Shown: one piece after another, positions 1 through 9,866 of the stretch
How the letters are laid out: every line of letters begins with the position of its first letter
Numbering within the stretch: the stretch's first letter is position 1
NCBI GenBank assembly: GCA_018694115.1
Contig: JABHNB010000005.1
Location: 374-64,373, forward strand
DNA from: an archaeon
GTDB lineage: Archaea > Nanobdellota > Nanobdellia > Pacearchaeales > GW2011-AR1
Length of the DNA: 64,000 nucleotides
Direction: 5' to 3'
Made by a program: the position numbers and the translations under genes
The notes under the pieces: generated by a model
Told to the model about the DNA's origin: nothing
Database searches by the model: none
What the model saw: only the letters and a program-made list of their open reading frames with translations

Positions 1-14
1 ATTGTAAATATTAA

Positions 15-299
15 TTATCTAACAAACTTCCCAATTCTTTGCATTTCTGTAAAAGGAAATGGCCGCTCATTCGTTACAAATGTCATGTATCTTGCAAATC
101 GATAAAGCTCGGTATCCCAATATTCTGAGAACATTGCAATGCCTCTATCTCTCTTGCCGCTGAAAAGAACAATGAACCAATGAATAATCGCAAGAACAAC
201 AATTAATGCTCTCCACACACACAGAATAATTCCGGATATTATCAGGACTAAGATTCTCATCCATGCCTCTTTTTTTTCGACAGCTTTTGTAGCCATCAA
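15..299 (-). CDS. small hypothetical membrane protein
   Basis: 94-aa ORF with a hydrophobic central segment (ILVLIISGIILCVW...LAIIHWFIVLF). No recognisable family. Confidence 0.3.
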   Translation of the reverse strand: MMATKAVEKKEAWMRILVLIISGIILCVWRALIVVLAIIHWFIVLFSGKRDRGIAMFSEYWDTELYRFARYMTFVTNERPFPFTEMQRIGKFVR

Positions 300-389
300 T
301 TCTTTTCGTAAAAAGACTTTATAAAATTAACTTTGGTCTAATCGCCTAATCACAACAATTCTTTTAATCTAACAACCCTCTCGGATTAG

Positions 390-1157
390 ATGGTTAGTGA
401 AAGAAAAATATCTGCGGGGGCTTATGATCTCAACAAATTTCTCTTCGGAGGATACGAAACAGACATAATCACAACCCTCTACGGGCCTGGAGCCTCAGGG
501 AAATCAAATCTTTGCATGCTGGTGGCAGTAAGCCAGGCAAGAAAAGGGAACAAGGTAATATTCATTGACACCGAGGGAGGTTTCTCAATTGATCGAGTGA
601 AACAAATACTTGGAAACAAAAATGGATTAGATGAAACCCTCCAGAATATATTTCTATTAAAACCCACTTCATTCGCAGAACAAGAAAAATCTTTCGAAAC
701 ACTTCTCGATTACGTAAGAAAGGGAAACATCTCACTAATTATTGTCGACAGTATAGCAATGCTTTATCGGTTAGAACTCGGAGACGCAATAAGAAGTGAA
801 ACAACAGAAAATATCCAAGAAGTCAATAGAAAACTTGCAGGACAACTTAGAACGCTTAATGAAATTGCCAGAAAGCAGAATATCCCCGTGGTTGTTACAA
901 ATCAGGTCTATACCCAATTCGTAAGATCTGAAAATCAAGAACAAAACCCGGGACTCTCAAACGATCAACAAAAGTTCGAAAGGAAAGTTTCAATGGTTGG
1001 CGGAGATCTCCTAAAGTATTGGAGTAAATGCATAATCGAACTTCAACATCATCGCGGCAGAAGAAAAATCGTTCTAAGAAAACATCGCTCTCTCCCCGAA
1101 AGAGAACTCCACTTTGAAATAATTCATGAGGGGATTAGGAAAAAGGGATTGTTTTAA
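390..1157 (+). CDS. radB: DNA repair/recombination protein RadB (archaeal RadA paralog)
   Basis: Walker A motif GPGASGKS. RecA/RadA-type core. The ~250-aa size without an N-terminal HhH domain is typical of RadB. Confidence 0.7.
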   Translation: MVSERKISAGAYDLNKFLFGGYETDIITTLYGPGASGKSNLCMLVAVSQARKGNKVIFIDTEGGFSIDRVKQILGNKNGLDETLQNIFLLKPTSFAEQEKSFETLLDYVRKGNISLIIVDSIAMLYRLELGDAIRSETTENIQEVNRKLAGQLRTLNEIARKQNIPVVVTNQVYTQFVRSENQEQNPGLSNDQQKFERKVSMVGGDLLKYWSKCIIELQHHRGRRKIVLRKHRSLPERELHFEIIHEGIRKKGLF

Positions 1158-1214
1158 TCTCTACATATTTCTAACCACACATTTATTTTTAAACAGGATT
1201 TTTATTAAATTATT

Positions 1215-2249
1215 ATGGAATTAAACCCCGATACAGTTGTTTGGGAATACACATTAAAATGTGATTCAGGATGTTTACATTGCGGATCAGATGCCAAAGA
1301 TCCGAGGAAAAACGAACTAGACACTGCAGAGTCTTTAGGACTCGTAGATCAGATAGCCGATTTAGGATTCAGATTAATTGTCCTATCTGGGGGAGAGCCC
1401 ACCCTGAGGCCCGATTGGAAAACAATTGGAGCTAAGGTAAATGAAAGAAATCTTGATTTCGCAATTATAAGTAATACTCTTGCCTGGACTGGAAAAACCA
1501 TTGAAGATCTTGCAAATTTAAATCCGTACTCCATTGGCATAAGTGTGGATGGGGAAGAGAAGACACACGATTACCTTCGTGGACATAAGGGATCTCACAA
1601 AAAGATCTTTGATTCAATAAGGGCGCTAAAAGAAAGAAACCAAACCGTTTGTGCAGTCACAACTGTAAATAATCTCAACTTTAGAGAACTCCAAGACATA
1701 AGGAATCGACTCATTGTTTATGGCGTAGATGCTTGGCAAATCCAAACTGCTTCTCCGATGGGAAGAATGGCAAAACAAGAAAACTTAATTTTGAATTCTC
1801 AAGCGCATTATAAACTTGGGAAATTTGTTGCAGAGACTGCAGAAAGACTCCCCCATATGAATGTTGTTTCAGCAGACTGTCTAGGCTACTTTGGAAAATT
1901 GGGAGAGAGACTGGGGAAGGATAATTGGAGAGGGTGTGGGGCGGGAACATATGGCCTAGGAATCATGTCTGACGGAACTGTTAAGGGATGTTTGTCCATA
2001 TGGCATCCGGATGCAATCGAGGGAAATATTCGGGAAAGGTCCCTAAGGAGGATTTGGGAGGATCCAAACAATTTCGCATATAATCGGAAATTTAAACCGA
2101 GCGACCTTCGGGGAGATTGTGAGGGGTGTGATTTGGGAGACCTATGTAAGGGGGGATGTAATAGCCAGTCTATATCATTTTACTCCGAGTTTCATAACTC
2201 TCCTTACTGTTTTCACAGACATGAGAAAGAATTCCCTAGATCTAAATAA
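1215..2249 (+). CDS. radical SAM enzyme with C-terminal SPASM-type Cys-rich domain (peptide/cofactor maturase family)
   Basis: N-terminal CDSGCLHC (CxxxCxxC) and SGGEPTL motifs. The C-terminal ~90 aa carries about 7 Cys (CGAGTYG...GCLS...CEGCDLGDLCKGGCNSQS), typical of auxiliary Fe-S SPASM/twitch domains. Confidence 0.7.
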   Translation: MELNPDTVVWEYTLKCDSGCLHCGSDAKDPRKNELDTAESLGLVDQIADLGFRLIVLSGGEPTLRPDWKTIGAKVNERNLDFAIISNTLAWTGKTIEDLANLNPYSIGISVDGEEKTHDYLRGHKGSHKKIFDSIRALKERNQTVCAVTTVNNLNFRELQDIRNRLIVYGVDAWQIQTASPMGRMAKQENLILNSQAHYKLGKFVAETAERLPHMNVVSADCLGYFGKLGERLGKDNWRGCGAGTYGLGIMSDGTVKGCLSIWHPDAIEGNIRERSLRRIWEDPNNFAYNRKFKPSDLRGDCEGCDLGDLCKGGCNSQSISFYSEFHNSPYCFHRHEKEFPRSK

Positions 2250-2286
2250 CAATAATCCTTATAAATAAAGAATCATAAACAAATCC

Positions 2287-3276
2287 ATGGCAGCAAGAGT
2301 GATAAAATTGGGGAACCTTCTTCCAGTAATTGAAAATTGCTTGGGAGAACACCAAGTTGATTTAAGGGACGATACAGGAAAAAAACAATCATTCTATCTA
2401 ATTGAAACGAGAACAATGGGAAATCGGGCCTCCGACTTCGAAAGTACTTATGATGGGTTCGAAGATCTAACACCCTTTCACCTAGATCTTGCAGATAAAA
2501 CCTGGGGATCTCGGAGAGGACCTCACGAGCCACAAGTTTATGGAACACTGATTGATACAAGCTTACAATACTCATTCGCATTCAATAGAAGATTCGCAGA
2601 TCTTTCAGAAAATAAAGATCGGCTAGAATTTATGACGCCCGATCAAGTCTTCCTGGACGACACGGGATACGAAGAATCCCAAGGCCCCCAGATCATAATT
2701 CCTGTAGAAGAGAATGAAGAACCTACTCATTTTGATAGTTTCCAAGATATGCAAATAAGATATTCTCTTCAAGGAGCAAAGAGAAGGAAATTTAGTGGCC
2801 CAATCAGCTTTGAAAGGAATTCATTACTTGGACGCGTAAAGGATTGTATAGCACTGGGCCCAATGGTAGAAATGCCACAAATGCCACAAACTAGTGGGGC
2901 ATATTCCCTTCTAAAAGTAGACTACGAAACGCCCACACTTAACGATCTTTTGATGACTTATCCGGAAGGATTAAGCAGATTCCAACTTGAACTAGCAGAG
3001 AAGACTCTTGGAGGAAAAACAGCAAATAATTCCTATTTTATTTTAATTGACGACCAGTTAAGGATGAGATTTGCAGCTAACGAGCTCTTTACCAATCATG
3101 ATCCAAGAAATGGAGAGATCACATTTTTAAGTCCGGAAGATGCTCTTCTCCAGTTCGGAAAAGACCTTTCAGAAAAGCCTGCTGATCCAGTACCTCCAAA
3201 AAAGCCAGTAAGGCGTAGGCCGGGAAGAAGGCCGATGACGTTTAGATACTCTCTGGCCGGAAAGAAGCAGGATTAA
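2287..3276 (+). CDS. hypothetical protein (Pro/Arg-rich basic C-terminus)
   Basis: 329-aa ORF immediately downstream of the SPASM radical-SAM gene. No recognisable motifs. GC looks slightly higher than its neighbours. Confidence 0.4.
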   Translation: MAARVIKLGNLLPVIENCLGEHQVDLRDDTGKKQSFYLIETRTMGNRASDFESTYDGFEDLTPFHLDLADKTWGSRRGPHEPQVYGTLIDTSLQYSFAFNRRFADLSENKDRLEFMTPDQVFLDDTGYEESQGPQIIIPVEENEEPTHFDSFQDMQIRYSLQGAKRRKFSGPISFERNSLLGRVKDCIALGPMVEMPQMPQTSGAYSLLKVDYETPTLNDLLMTYPEGLSRFQLELAEKTLGGKTANNSYFILIDDQLRMRFAANELFTNHDPRNGEITFLSPEDALLQFGKDLSEKPADPVPPKKPVRRRPGRRPMTFRYSLAGKKQD

Positions 3277-3343
3277 TTTTTTAGTATACGCAAATTTATC
3301 TAATCCAAGAGATATAATAACTAATATGTTTAGAAACATTAAA

Positions 3344-3559
3344 TTACAACTCTACGGGCTTAAACGCTGCTGCCCTTCTACGATCTAATTTTTCCTGAGT
3401 CAAAATCTTTCCCATATAAATTCTAACTGGCATTCCTGGACGCCAGCCCATCGGGCCTGCAGTCTGTCTATAAATTTCACTACGTTCACTAGGGGATGAA
3501 TTTTCCGGATGCGGAAAATCAACATCAATCATCTTTCTCCAATCATCACATATTGCCAT
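3344..3559 (-). CDS. small hypothetical protein
   Basis: 71-aa ORF filling the gap between topA and the upstream gene. No family recognised. Confidence 0.25.
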   Translation of the reverse strand: MAICDDWRKMIDVDFPHPENSSPSERSEIYRQTAGPMGWRPGMPVRIYMGKILTQEKLDRRRAAAFKPVEL

Positions 3560-3589
3560 AACTCCTAAAAAATTCCTGCCTTTATATTG

Positions 3590-5860
3590 CTATTCTTTTT
3601 TCTTGCTCGCCTTCTTCTTAGCCTTCTTCACACCACTTTTCTTTTTCACAGATTTCTTCTTCACTTTCTTCTTCTTAGTATGATCAATAACCTTTCCACC
3701 TTCACCAATCTCAATTTCTCCAGAAGCTAACTTCTTCTTGAACTCTTCTTTCTTCTTTGTCAACTCTTCATTTGTGGAACATTCTGGATTAAAACAAAAC
3801 TTCCATGGCGATCGCCCTTTTTGAAAAGACATTACGAGTGGAAATCCACATTCTTCACACATCTCTAAGGCATCTTCTTCCTTGCCTGCCTCTTCAGCAG
3901 CTTTCTTAGACATTCTAGCTGGCTTCATCAATCCTCGCGGAGGCAATGAATAAATATTTTTACATTCAGGGTAAGCATCACATGAGACAAAATATCTGCT
4001 AAACCGCTTTCCATACATAACTCTCAAGTTTCCTTTCTTACACTTTGGACATTGAGTCATTGTATTCTCTTCTCTCTCCTGCTCATTGACAATTGCATTC
4101 GCATCAGCAAGTGACTTTCCCATAGCCTCGAGATTCTTAGTCATTCCCTCTGCAATCTTACTAATCGATTTCTTTGCCTTATCCAATATCTTCTGTTCTT
4201 TTTTCTCTAAATCTTTGTCTGAAACTTCTATTTTTTCAAGTTCCTTTGTCATTTCTCCAGTAAGCTCCTCATCAAGAATAATCGGAGAAAATTTCTCAAG
4301 AGTTTCAGCCATTCGCATACCCAGTTCAGTTACTTCAATTGCCCTGCCTTTTGCATAACCCCTCGTAAAGAGAGTTTCAACAATTCCTGCCCGGGTAGCT
4401 TTAGTTCCCAAATTCTTTTTCTCTAAATTCTTAACAAGAGAAGCTGCAGAATATCTTCTTGGAGGTTTTGTTTGCTTCTCTTCGGTCCTGATTTCTAGTA
4501 CATCAACTTCCCCATCCATTGTTGGAACTTCACTTTCCTTAATTGATGTTGGATAAACATTCATCCAACCTTTGTCCTTGATCTGAACTCCCCTAGCCCC
4601 AAACTTCAATCCCCCAACATCTATCTTTACATTCTTATTCTCAACCTTAGCCGAATCACAGAAACACGAAATAAACCGCTTTACAATCAAATCATAAATC
4701 TTCTTATCTCTCTCAGGAACTTTCTTCGCTTCGCCGGTCGGATAAATAGCGGGATGTGCCGGATCTTCTTTCTTACCTTCGGTAGGTTTCTTATTCTTAG
4801 CATACTTAACAACCGTAGTATATTTCTTCAATTTCTTCAAAATTTTATCATATCCAATCGCAGCAGGATATTTCTGGCTTGAGGTTCTTGGATAAGAGAT
4901 TGCTCCTGCAAGATAAAGGTTCTGAGCCGCCCGAAGAGTCTGGGTAGGTGTAGTTCCGCAATATTTGTAAGCTTCAGTCTGTAATGTGGTTAGATCAAAT
5001 GGCGTTGGGGCAGGAACATCCTCAACCTTTATGATGGTAGTCGCAGTTCCACTCTTTCCCTTAAGATGCTTGAATCTAAGTAACTCAGATTGCTTGAAGA
5101 TATCCTTTGGATATTTTACCTCAAGTCTTTTCCCTTTAATATTCTTAACTTGAAGAAAAATCTGCCAATAAGGTTCTGGCTCAAATGCCTGAATCTCTCT
5201 TTCTCGATCAACAACAATCTTTAACGCAGGACCTTGTACCCTTCCAATAGACAAAATCCTAAATGCTCCCGCCTTAGCAATAGCCTTCATTAATCCTCTA
5301 GAAAGATTAATTCCATAGAACCAATCCAAATAGTGCCGTGTCTCTCCTGCAATGGCCGCACCCCAATTAAGTGTTGGAATCAAATTTTCAAATGATTCTT
5401 CAAGAGCTTCCTTTGTAAGGGAAGAAAACTTCATTCGCTTAGCCACTTTCTCATACTTCTTTCCAAGAACGAATCGCACGACATTCCACCCAATTACTTC
5501 CCCTTCAACATCAAAGTCCGTAGCGACGATCGCTTCATCAACTTCTTTAGCAAGTCGTTTCAATGTTTGTAAATATCGCTTTGTATGTGCGGACCGCTTC
5601 TTGTTAAATGAAGGTTTCCATTCAACCTCAAAGTTAGGAAATGGCCCCCTGAGCGCAATTTGCTGAATCCCAAACAGATGTCCAACAGCACACCCAATGA
5701 TATATCTCCGCCCTTTCTTAAAAAACTCATAATATGCAACGCCTTCCTTGCTTGTAAGCTTCTCATCAGTCGCATCAGATAATGCAGCAGCTATCTTCGC
5801 CGCAGCCGCAGGCTTCTCACAGATGATCAGTGTAGCATTACGCTCTTTTTTAACTACCAT
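3590..5860 (-). CDS. topA: DNA topoisomerase type IA (topoisomerase I/III)
   Basis: N-terminal TOPRIM (IICEKP...TDFDVEGE). Internal Zn-ribbon motifs (CPKCKKG...CDAYPECK, CEECGF...CFNPEC). Lys-rich C-terminal tail. No helicase domain, so not a reverse gyrase. Confidence 0.8.
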   Translation of the reverse strand: MVVKKERNATLIICEKPAAAAKIAAALSDATDEKLTSKEGVAYYEFFKKGRRYIIGCAVGHLFGIQQIALRGPFPNFEVEWKPSFNKKRSAHTKRYLQTLKRLAKEVDEAIVATDFDVEGEVIGWNVVRFVLGKKYEKVAKRMKFSSLTKEALEESFENLIPTLNWGAAIAGETRHYLDWFYGINLSRGLMKAIAKAGAFRILSIGRVQGPALKIVVDREREIQAFEPEPYWQIFLQVKNIKGKRLEVKYPKDIFKQSELLRFKHLKGKSGTATTIIKVEDVPAPTPFDLTTLQTEAYKYCGTTPTQTLRAAQNLYLAGAISYPRTSSQKYPAAIGYDKILKKLKKYTTVVKYAKNKKPTEGKKEDPAHPAIYPTGEAKKVPERDKKIYDLIVKRFISCFCDSAKVENKNVKIDVGGLKFGARGVQIKDKGWMNVYPTSIKESEVPTMDGEVDVLEIRTEEKQTKPPRRYSAASLVKNLEKKNLGTKATRAGIVETLFTRGYAKGRAIEVTELGMRMAETLEKFSPIILDEELTGEMTKELEKIEVSDKDLEKKEQKILDKAKKSISKIAEGMTKNLEAMGKSLADANAIVNEQEREENTMTQCPKCKKGNLRVMYGKRFSRYFVSCDAYPECKNIYSLPPRGLMKPARMSKKAAEEAGKEEDALEMCEECGFPLVMSFQKGRSPWKFCFNPECSTNEELTKKKEEFKKKLASGEIEIGEGGKVIDHTKKKKVKKKSVKKKSGVKKAKKKASKKKE

Positions 5861-5935
5861 TAGAATACAAGATTAACGGACTTTTTATATTTTGGCAGAA
5901 TAAACGAGCACAACAATCTTTATAATTCTCCCAAA

Positions 5936-6550
5936 ATGGCTATTTATATGGAATATGAACTTGGAAGGAATTGCCACCTGTTTCATTCGTTAATGGGGAA
6001 CCATCCAAATGAATTTTCAAGGTTAATGAGACAAAAACACGGGAGAGACCCAGATTCTGAGAAATTTATTAATTTCTACCGAAGCGGAAATTCGGTTGAA
6101 GAATTAGAAGAAAGTCTTGGATTGGATGTACGGGAAATTATGTGCTGTATTTCAAAAACCGATCCAGCAGTATTTTATCACCGGCCATATGGTTTAATCC
6201 TTTCTGGCGAAGTCAAAGTCATGTTTGATAATGATTCGGGGCTAAGCATGATGCCTGATGGAACATATCCCCATGAATCTAAATATGATTTTGTAAGGGA
6301 ATCTGATTTACAAACACTTATGACCTCCTGGTATTCCAAATTTCCAGAATCCGGACAATTTATCTGGAATGAAGCAGTACTTGGAAAAAATTCCAAAATA
6401 GTTGGGGCATTTCATGATCCTTCATTTGACCCAAACTCCATGAGGTGTGCAGGAAGTTGTACACTCAAGGAACAAGAGTACCCAAAATTTCTAGAGAAAG
6501 TAAAACGGGTAGGGTTAAGATTACGAGAAATAGCTGTCAAACCCAAATAA
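5936..6550 (+). CDS. hypothetical protein
   Basis: 204-aa ORF divergent from topA. No motif recognised. Confidence 0.4.
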   Translation: MAIYMEYELGRNCHLFHSLMGNHPNEFSRLMRQKHGRDPDSEKFINFYRSGNSVEELEESLGLDVREIMCCISKTDPAVFYHRPYGLILSGEVKVMFDNDSGLSMMPDGTYPHESKYDFVRESDLQTLMTSWYSKFPESGQFIWNEAVLGKNSKIVGAFHDPSFDPNSMRCAGSCTLKEQEYPKFLEKVKRVGLRLREIAVKPK

Positions 6551-6553
6551 GTT

Positions 6554-7393
6554 TTATTTTAACTTCCCAATCTCTTCTAATCGTTTCTCACTTCCAATCG
6601 CCCCAGAAAACATCTTCCAAAAAATCTTAGAGAGCCATTCTCCCCAACTTTTCTCTTTAATTGTATAGAAGATAAAAGTCTTTTTTGCCAATTCAGATTT
6701 CCGGCCCGTTGGTTCCTTAACTTCCTTAAGATTGATCACTTTTCCATCGATAACCGTAGCTCTCAAGGGTTGTTTCCTATGCCTAATTTCTATCAATTCC
6801 TTGCCATGCTTGAAATTCAGGGATAACATCTTCCTAATATTCTCCTTACCTATAAGGTCAACACGGCAGATAACTTTTATTGAGATTCCCTTTTTTACAA
6901 GTTCTTCAACAACATCAAACAGATTTATTTTCCCATCATTATAATAAATAAAAGATAGGTTTCCAGAGAAAAACAACACTTGTTTTTTTGCTCCCAATAA
7001 TAGATCTTTAAATTTTGTAAGTCTTCCTGCGGTCACTTCATTTTTTGCTTCCCGGGTCCAAACTTCCTTTTTCTTATCCTCCACATGTTGGAAAATATCA
7101 AATGCCTCAAAGTGTTTTTTCTCTTGCCCTACCATTATCTGTGCCTCTAACCTCTCCTGAAATACTGAACTACTTACCTTCTCAACACTTGACCAATAAA
7201 CTATTTTTAGGGCTCCTCGTGTCCCTTCTCTGAACGTCCGCATTGCCAATGTCCCAAATTCCTTAGAAATCTCCTGAATATATCTGTCTGCGGTTCGCCA
7301 GTTCTTATTAATGTGCTGAGCAATTTCCTGAATTGATCGCGGCCTAGCATAAACAAAATCTTCAATCTTTGTTACAACTTCGGAACTTAGCAT
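6554..7393 (-). CDS. winged-helix DNA-binding domain protein with possible PLD-like (HKD) C-terminal domain
   Basis: The N-terminal ~65 aa look like a wHTH. The C-terminal HRKQPLRATVIDGKVINL loosely resembles a PLD HxK...D...G..N motif. Confidence 0.4.
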   Translation of the reverse strand: MLSSEVVTKIEDFVYARPRSIQEIAQHINKNWRTADRYIQEISKEFGTLAMRTFREGTRGALKIVYWSSVEKVSSSVFQERLEAQIMVGQEKKHFEAFDIFQHVEDKKKEVWTREAKNEVTAGRLTKFKDLLLGAKKQVLFFSGNLSFIYYNDGKINLFDVVEELVKKGISIKVICRVDLIGKENIRKMLSLNFKHGKELIEIRHRKQPLRATVIDGKVINLKEVKEPTGRKSELAKKTFIFYTIKEKSWGEWLSKIFWKMFSGAIGSEKRLEEIGKLK

Positions 7394-7489
7394 AGAAACA
7401 ACAATAACAACCCATATTTAAGCCTATGCAACACTGCGGACAAAAAATGGTCAGTAAATGTCATTAAGAATACAACTCTTAAGATATAT

Positions 7490-8023
7490 ATGAGAAAGAT
7501 GGTATTAACGGGGGGTGCTTGCTCAGGCAAAACGACTCTCGTCAATGAATTAAAGAGAAGAGGTTATAATGTTCTTGAAGAAGTGGCTCGGCAAGTTCTT
7601 GAGGAACTTGGAACGCCCTCAAATTTAGATGAATGGGCTGCCCTTGAAAGCGAGATTTATCAAAGACAGGTTTCAAATGAAGAAAGGGTTGATCGACAAT
7701 CGGGTCTCGTATTTCTAGATAGGGGAATTGGAGATATAGATGCTTACATGAGACATCACTTCGACCAACCATCAATTGATGTCACAAAGGCAAAGATCCA
7801 TAGATATGATTCCATTTTTTTACTTGAGAGGCTACCCTTCGAAGATGATGGTCTTAGGGTGGAGGTCGGAGATGATGAAGCCAGCGAAATTCATCAGAAA
7901 ATAATCGACTCATATCATTCTATGGGCTACACTACTATTCAAATCCCTTCATTCGATGCCCCAAAAGACGTCGCAATTAAACAACGAGCAGATCTAATAC
8001 TCGAATACCTTAACAATGGTTGA
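7490..8023 (+). CDS. AAA_28-family P-loop ATPase / nucleoside kinase (NadR kinase-domain-like)
   Basis: Walker A motif GGACSGKTT. The sequence pattern is similar to the C-terminal kinase domain of the NadR homolog at 41257..42294 (ESCGKSTLAKKL...EVGREY vs ACSGKTTLVNEL...EVARQV). Confidence 0.55.
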   Translation: MRKMVLTGGACSGKTTLVNELKRRGYNVLEEVARQVLEELGTPSNLDEWAALESEIYQRQVSNEERVDRQSGLVFLDRGIGDIDAYMRHHFDQPSIDVTKAKIHRYDSIFLLERLPFEDDGLRVEVGDDEASEIHQKIIDSYHSMGYTTIQIPSFDAPKDVAIKQRADLILEYLNNG

Positions 8024-8495
8024 AATAGAAGCAAAAATAAAATTAAGTGAAGGGGAATTTCAAAGAATATTCCAAATCCTAGGAAAACCAGATTTCCGAA
8101 AACAAAAAAATGCAATTTATCAAATTGGAGAAACCTTTTTCAGAATAAGGGACCAAGAAAATAAAACTTTTATTACATTTAAAGGAAAAAGACAAGATAA
8201 GAAACTTAATTGTAGAGAAGAAATAGAATTTTCAATTAGTCCTAACGACCATGTAGAAGATTTTTTCCTTGCATTAGGCTTTTCGAATCCATTCGTGTAT
8301 GTGAAAAAAAGGGCGGACGTAAAATTTAACGATTGTATTGTCTGTCTAGACATACTCTCCGAAAATGGGTTCTATGTCGAGGTAGAAGGGGATGAGCAGG
8401 CAGTTAACGAGACACTCCAAAAATTAAATCTGGTTGAAAAACCAATTGAATGTAGATCTTATCAAGAAATCTTACAAAATGAAAACAGAATATAA
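8016..8495 (+). CDS. CYTH-domain protein (triphosphate tunnel metalloenzyme; CyaB/ThTPase-like)
   Basis: N-terminal EIEAKIKL (ExExK signature). Conserved FRIRDQ..KTFITFKGK and C-terminal YVEVEGDE acidic strand pattern. Overlaps the upstream kinase by 8 nt. Confidence 0.6.
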   Translation: MVEIEAKIKLSEGEFQRIFQILGKPDFRKQKNAIYQIGETFFRIRDQENKTFITFKGKRQDKKLNCREEIEFSISPNDHVEDFFLALGFSNPFVYVKKRADVKFNDCIVCLDILSENGFYVEVEGDEQAVNETLQKLNLVEKPIECRSYQEILQNENRI

Positions 8496-9000
8496 CTTCC
8501 TATCAAAATATATAGAAAAAAAGAGAAAAACCCTTAGGGATTTAGAAAAAGAAATTGAGATCCTAGAAAGCGCAGATAGTTCAGTTACTATTGAAACTCT
8601 AGCGCCAGGACATGAAAGATTAATTTCAAACGATTATTCCCTGGCAACAGATTTTAAGATTAAAAAAAGAAGCGAAGATCTTGAAGACGTAAGTGGCTAT
8701 TCTGGAGGATACAGGACTTGTAAAACAGATTACTTCCCACAGTTCTTTTTCTATATTGGGGATGAAGGGCAAAGACAAGTTGATATTCGGCAGGATGGTT
8801 TTGAAAAAGATGAAAGAGTAGTTTTGAGAAGTATAACTGTTACAAATGCTTGGAAAGACTATTCGGATAGGGCTAAAATGCAAGAAAATCCTGTAGACGT
8901 CGAAGCGACCTTGGAATTTTTCAAACAGCGAGGGGTTAACGAAGAACTTTTAGAAAAATTAAATAGAAGAATCGAAGAGTGGCAGGAGATTGGATTCTAA
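8476..9000 (+). CDS. hypothetical protein
   Basis: ORF between the CYTH and radical-SAM genes. The track start at 8434 overlaps CYTH by 62 nt; the internal Met at 8476 is more plausible. No motifs. Confidence 0.35.
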   Translation, partial: KMKTEYNFLSKYIEKKRKTLRDLEKEIEILESADSSVTIETLAPGHERLISNDYSLATDFKIKKRSEDLEDVSGYSGGYRTCKTDYFPQFFFYIGDEGQRQVDIRQDGFEKDERVVLRSITVTNAWKDYSDRAKMQENPVDVEATLEFFKQRGVNEELLEKLNRRIEEWQEIGF

Positions 9001-9866
9001 TGGCATGCATTGAAAAAATATACAGTGTATCGGCACTAATCGGAAACGGTTCATGTAATGCTAATTGTGATTTTTGCGCAGGAAAGTACCTCCGGCCAGA
9101 AGCAGAGGAGAACAAAGATCATTCACGAAGTCTAGAGGCAGCAATTAAACTTTCTGCTCGTTATGGTGGGTGGTCACTATCTTTAACTTCCAGCGGAGAG
9201 CCAACATGTGACCCCGATTCATTAACAAGGGCTCTAGAAGTCTACAAAAAATGCGCGGATCAGGGAGCATACTTCCCCAATGTAAATCTCTTCACAAACG
9301 GTATCTTATTTGCGGACGATAATTTTTGTGATGAATATCTCGATTCTTGGAGAGATTTAGGATTAAATAATGTGGCAATCTCGCTCCATGGAGTTACTGA
9401 AGAAGAACAAGCCAAAGCATATAATTTAGAAAGTTACCCAAGTCTAGAAAAGATTACTGGAAATATTCGGGATCACGGACTCGGAGTTAGGGGAACACTC
9501 CTTCTAAGAAAGGGCGGAGTTGACAGTTCCAAAAAATATCAAGATGCAATACACACACTAATCGATAAAGGGATTGACAACATCACCTCATGGCCTGTAG
9601 GAAATCCAGATGGTTCAAGAAATGAGTTCAGCCCATCAAGATTAGGTCAATTAGGAATAAAAACTTGGCTATGGCGTAACGCCAAGAAATGCCATGGTCA
9701 TGTCTGGGGCGGAGGAGTCTATGACTACAAGGGAAATATCCTGAGGATAACAGATTATGTTACCAAACACGATCCCAAAAAAGATTTCGTAAGACAACTA
9801 GTCGTCTTTCAGGATAGCACTGTAGCTTACTCATGGATAAGGGACGGAGCACTATGTATGAAGTAA
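8979..9866 (+). CDS. small radical SAM enzyme (viperin/MoaA-like core), paralog 1
   Basis: CNANCDFC (CxxxCxxC), SSGEPT and LFTNG motifs. Only ~295 aa with no SPASM domain. Confidence 0.55.
   Translation: MAGDWILMACIEKIYSVSALIGNGSCNANCDFCAGKYLRPEAEENKDHSRSLEAAIKLSARYGGWSLSLTSSGEPTCDPDSLTRALEVYKKCADQGAYFPNVNLFTNGILFADDNFCDEYLDSWRDLGLNNVAISLHGVTEEEQAKAYNLESYPSLEKITGNIRDHGLGVRGTLLLRKGGVDSSKKYQDAIHTLIDKGIDNITSWPVGNPDGSRNEFSPSRLGQLGIKTWLWRNAKKCHGHVWGGGVYDYKGNILRITDYVTKHDPKKDFVRQLVVFQDSTVAYSWIRDGALCMK

Noticed and set aside
4086-5775. Internal antisense or out-of-frame ORFs inside topA (4086..4358, 5352..5666, 5560..5775)
   Set aside because: They lie entirely within a well-supported 756-aa gene and have low-complexity translations. 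Similar shadow ORFs were rejected inside MCM (22065..22731, 22868..23299), eL31/eS19 (26799..27537, 27727..28086), ScpB (15664..16030), the aaRS (13047..13742) and ligase (34341..35096).
3590-5860. Reverse gyrase
   Set aside because: At 756 aa it has no N-terminal helicase (DEAD/SF2) domain. The architecture is plain type IA topoisomerase plus Zn ribbons.
5861-5935. Confident promoter calls in the divergent topA / 5936 intergenic region (tttttatat, tttataat)
   Set aside because: AT-rich TATA-like strings are everywhere at this GC content. Their spacing relative to the start codons does not fit a canonical archaeal BRE/TATA geometry well enough to annotate.
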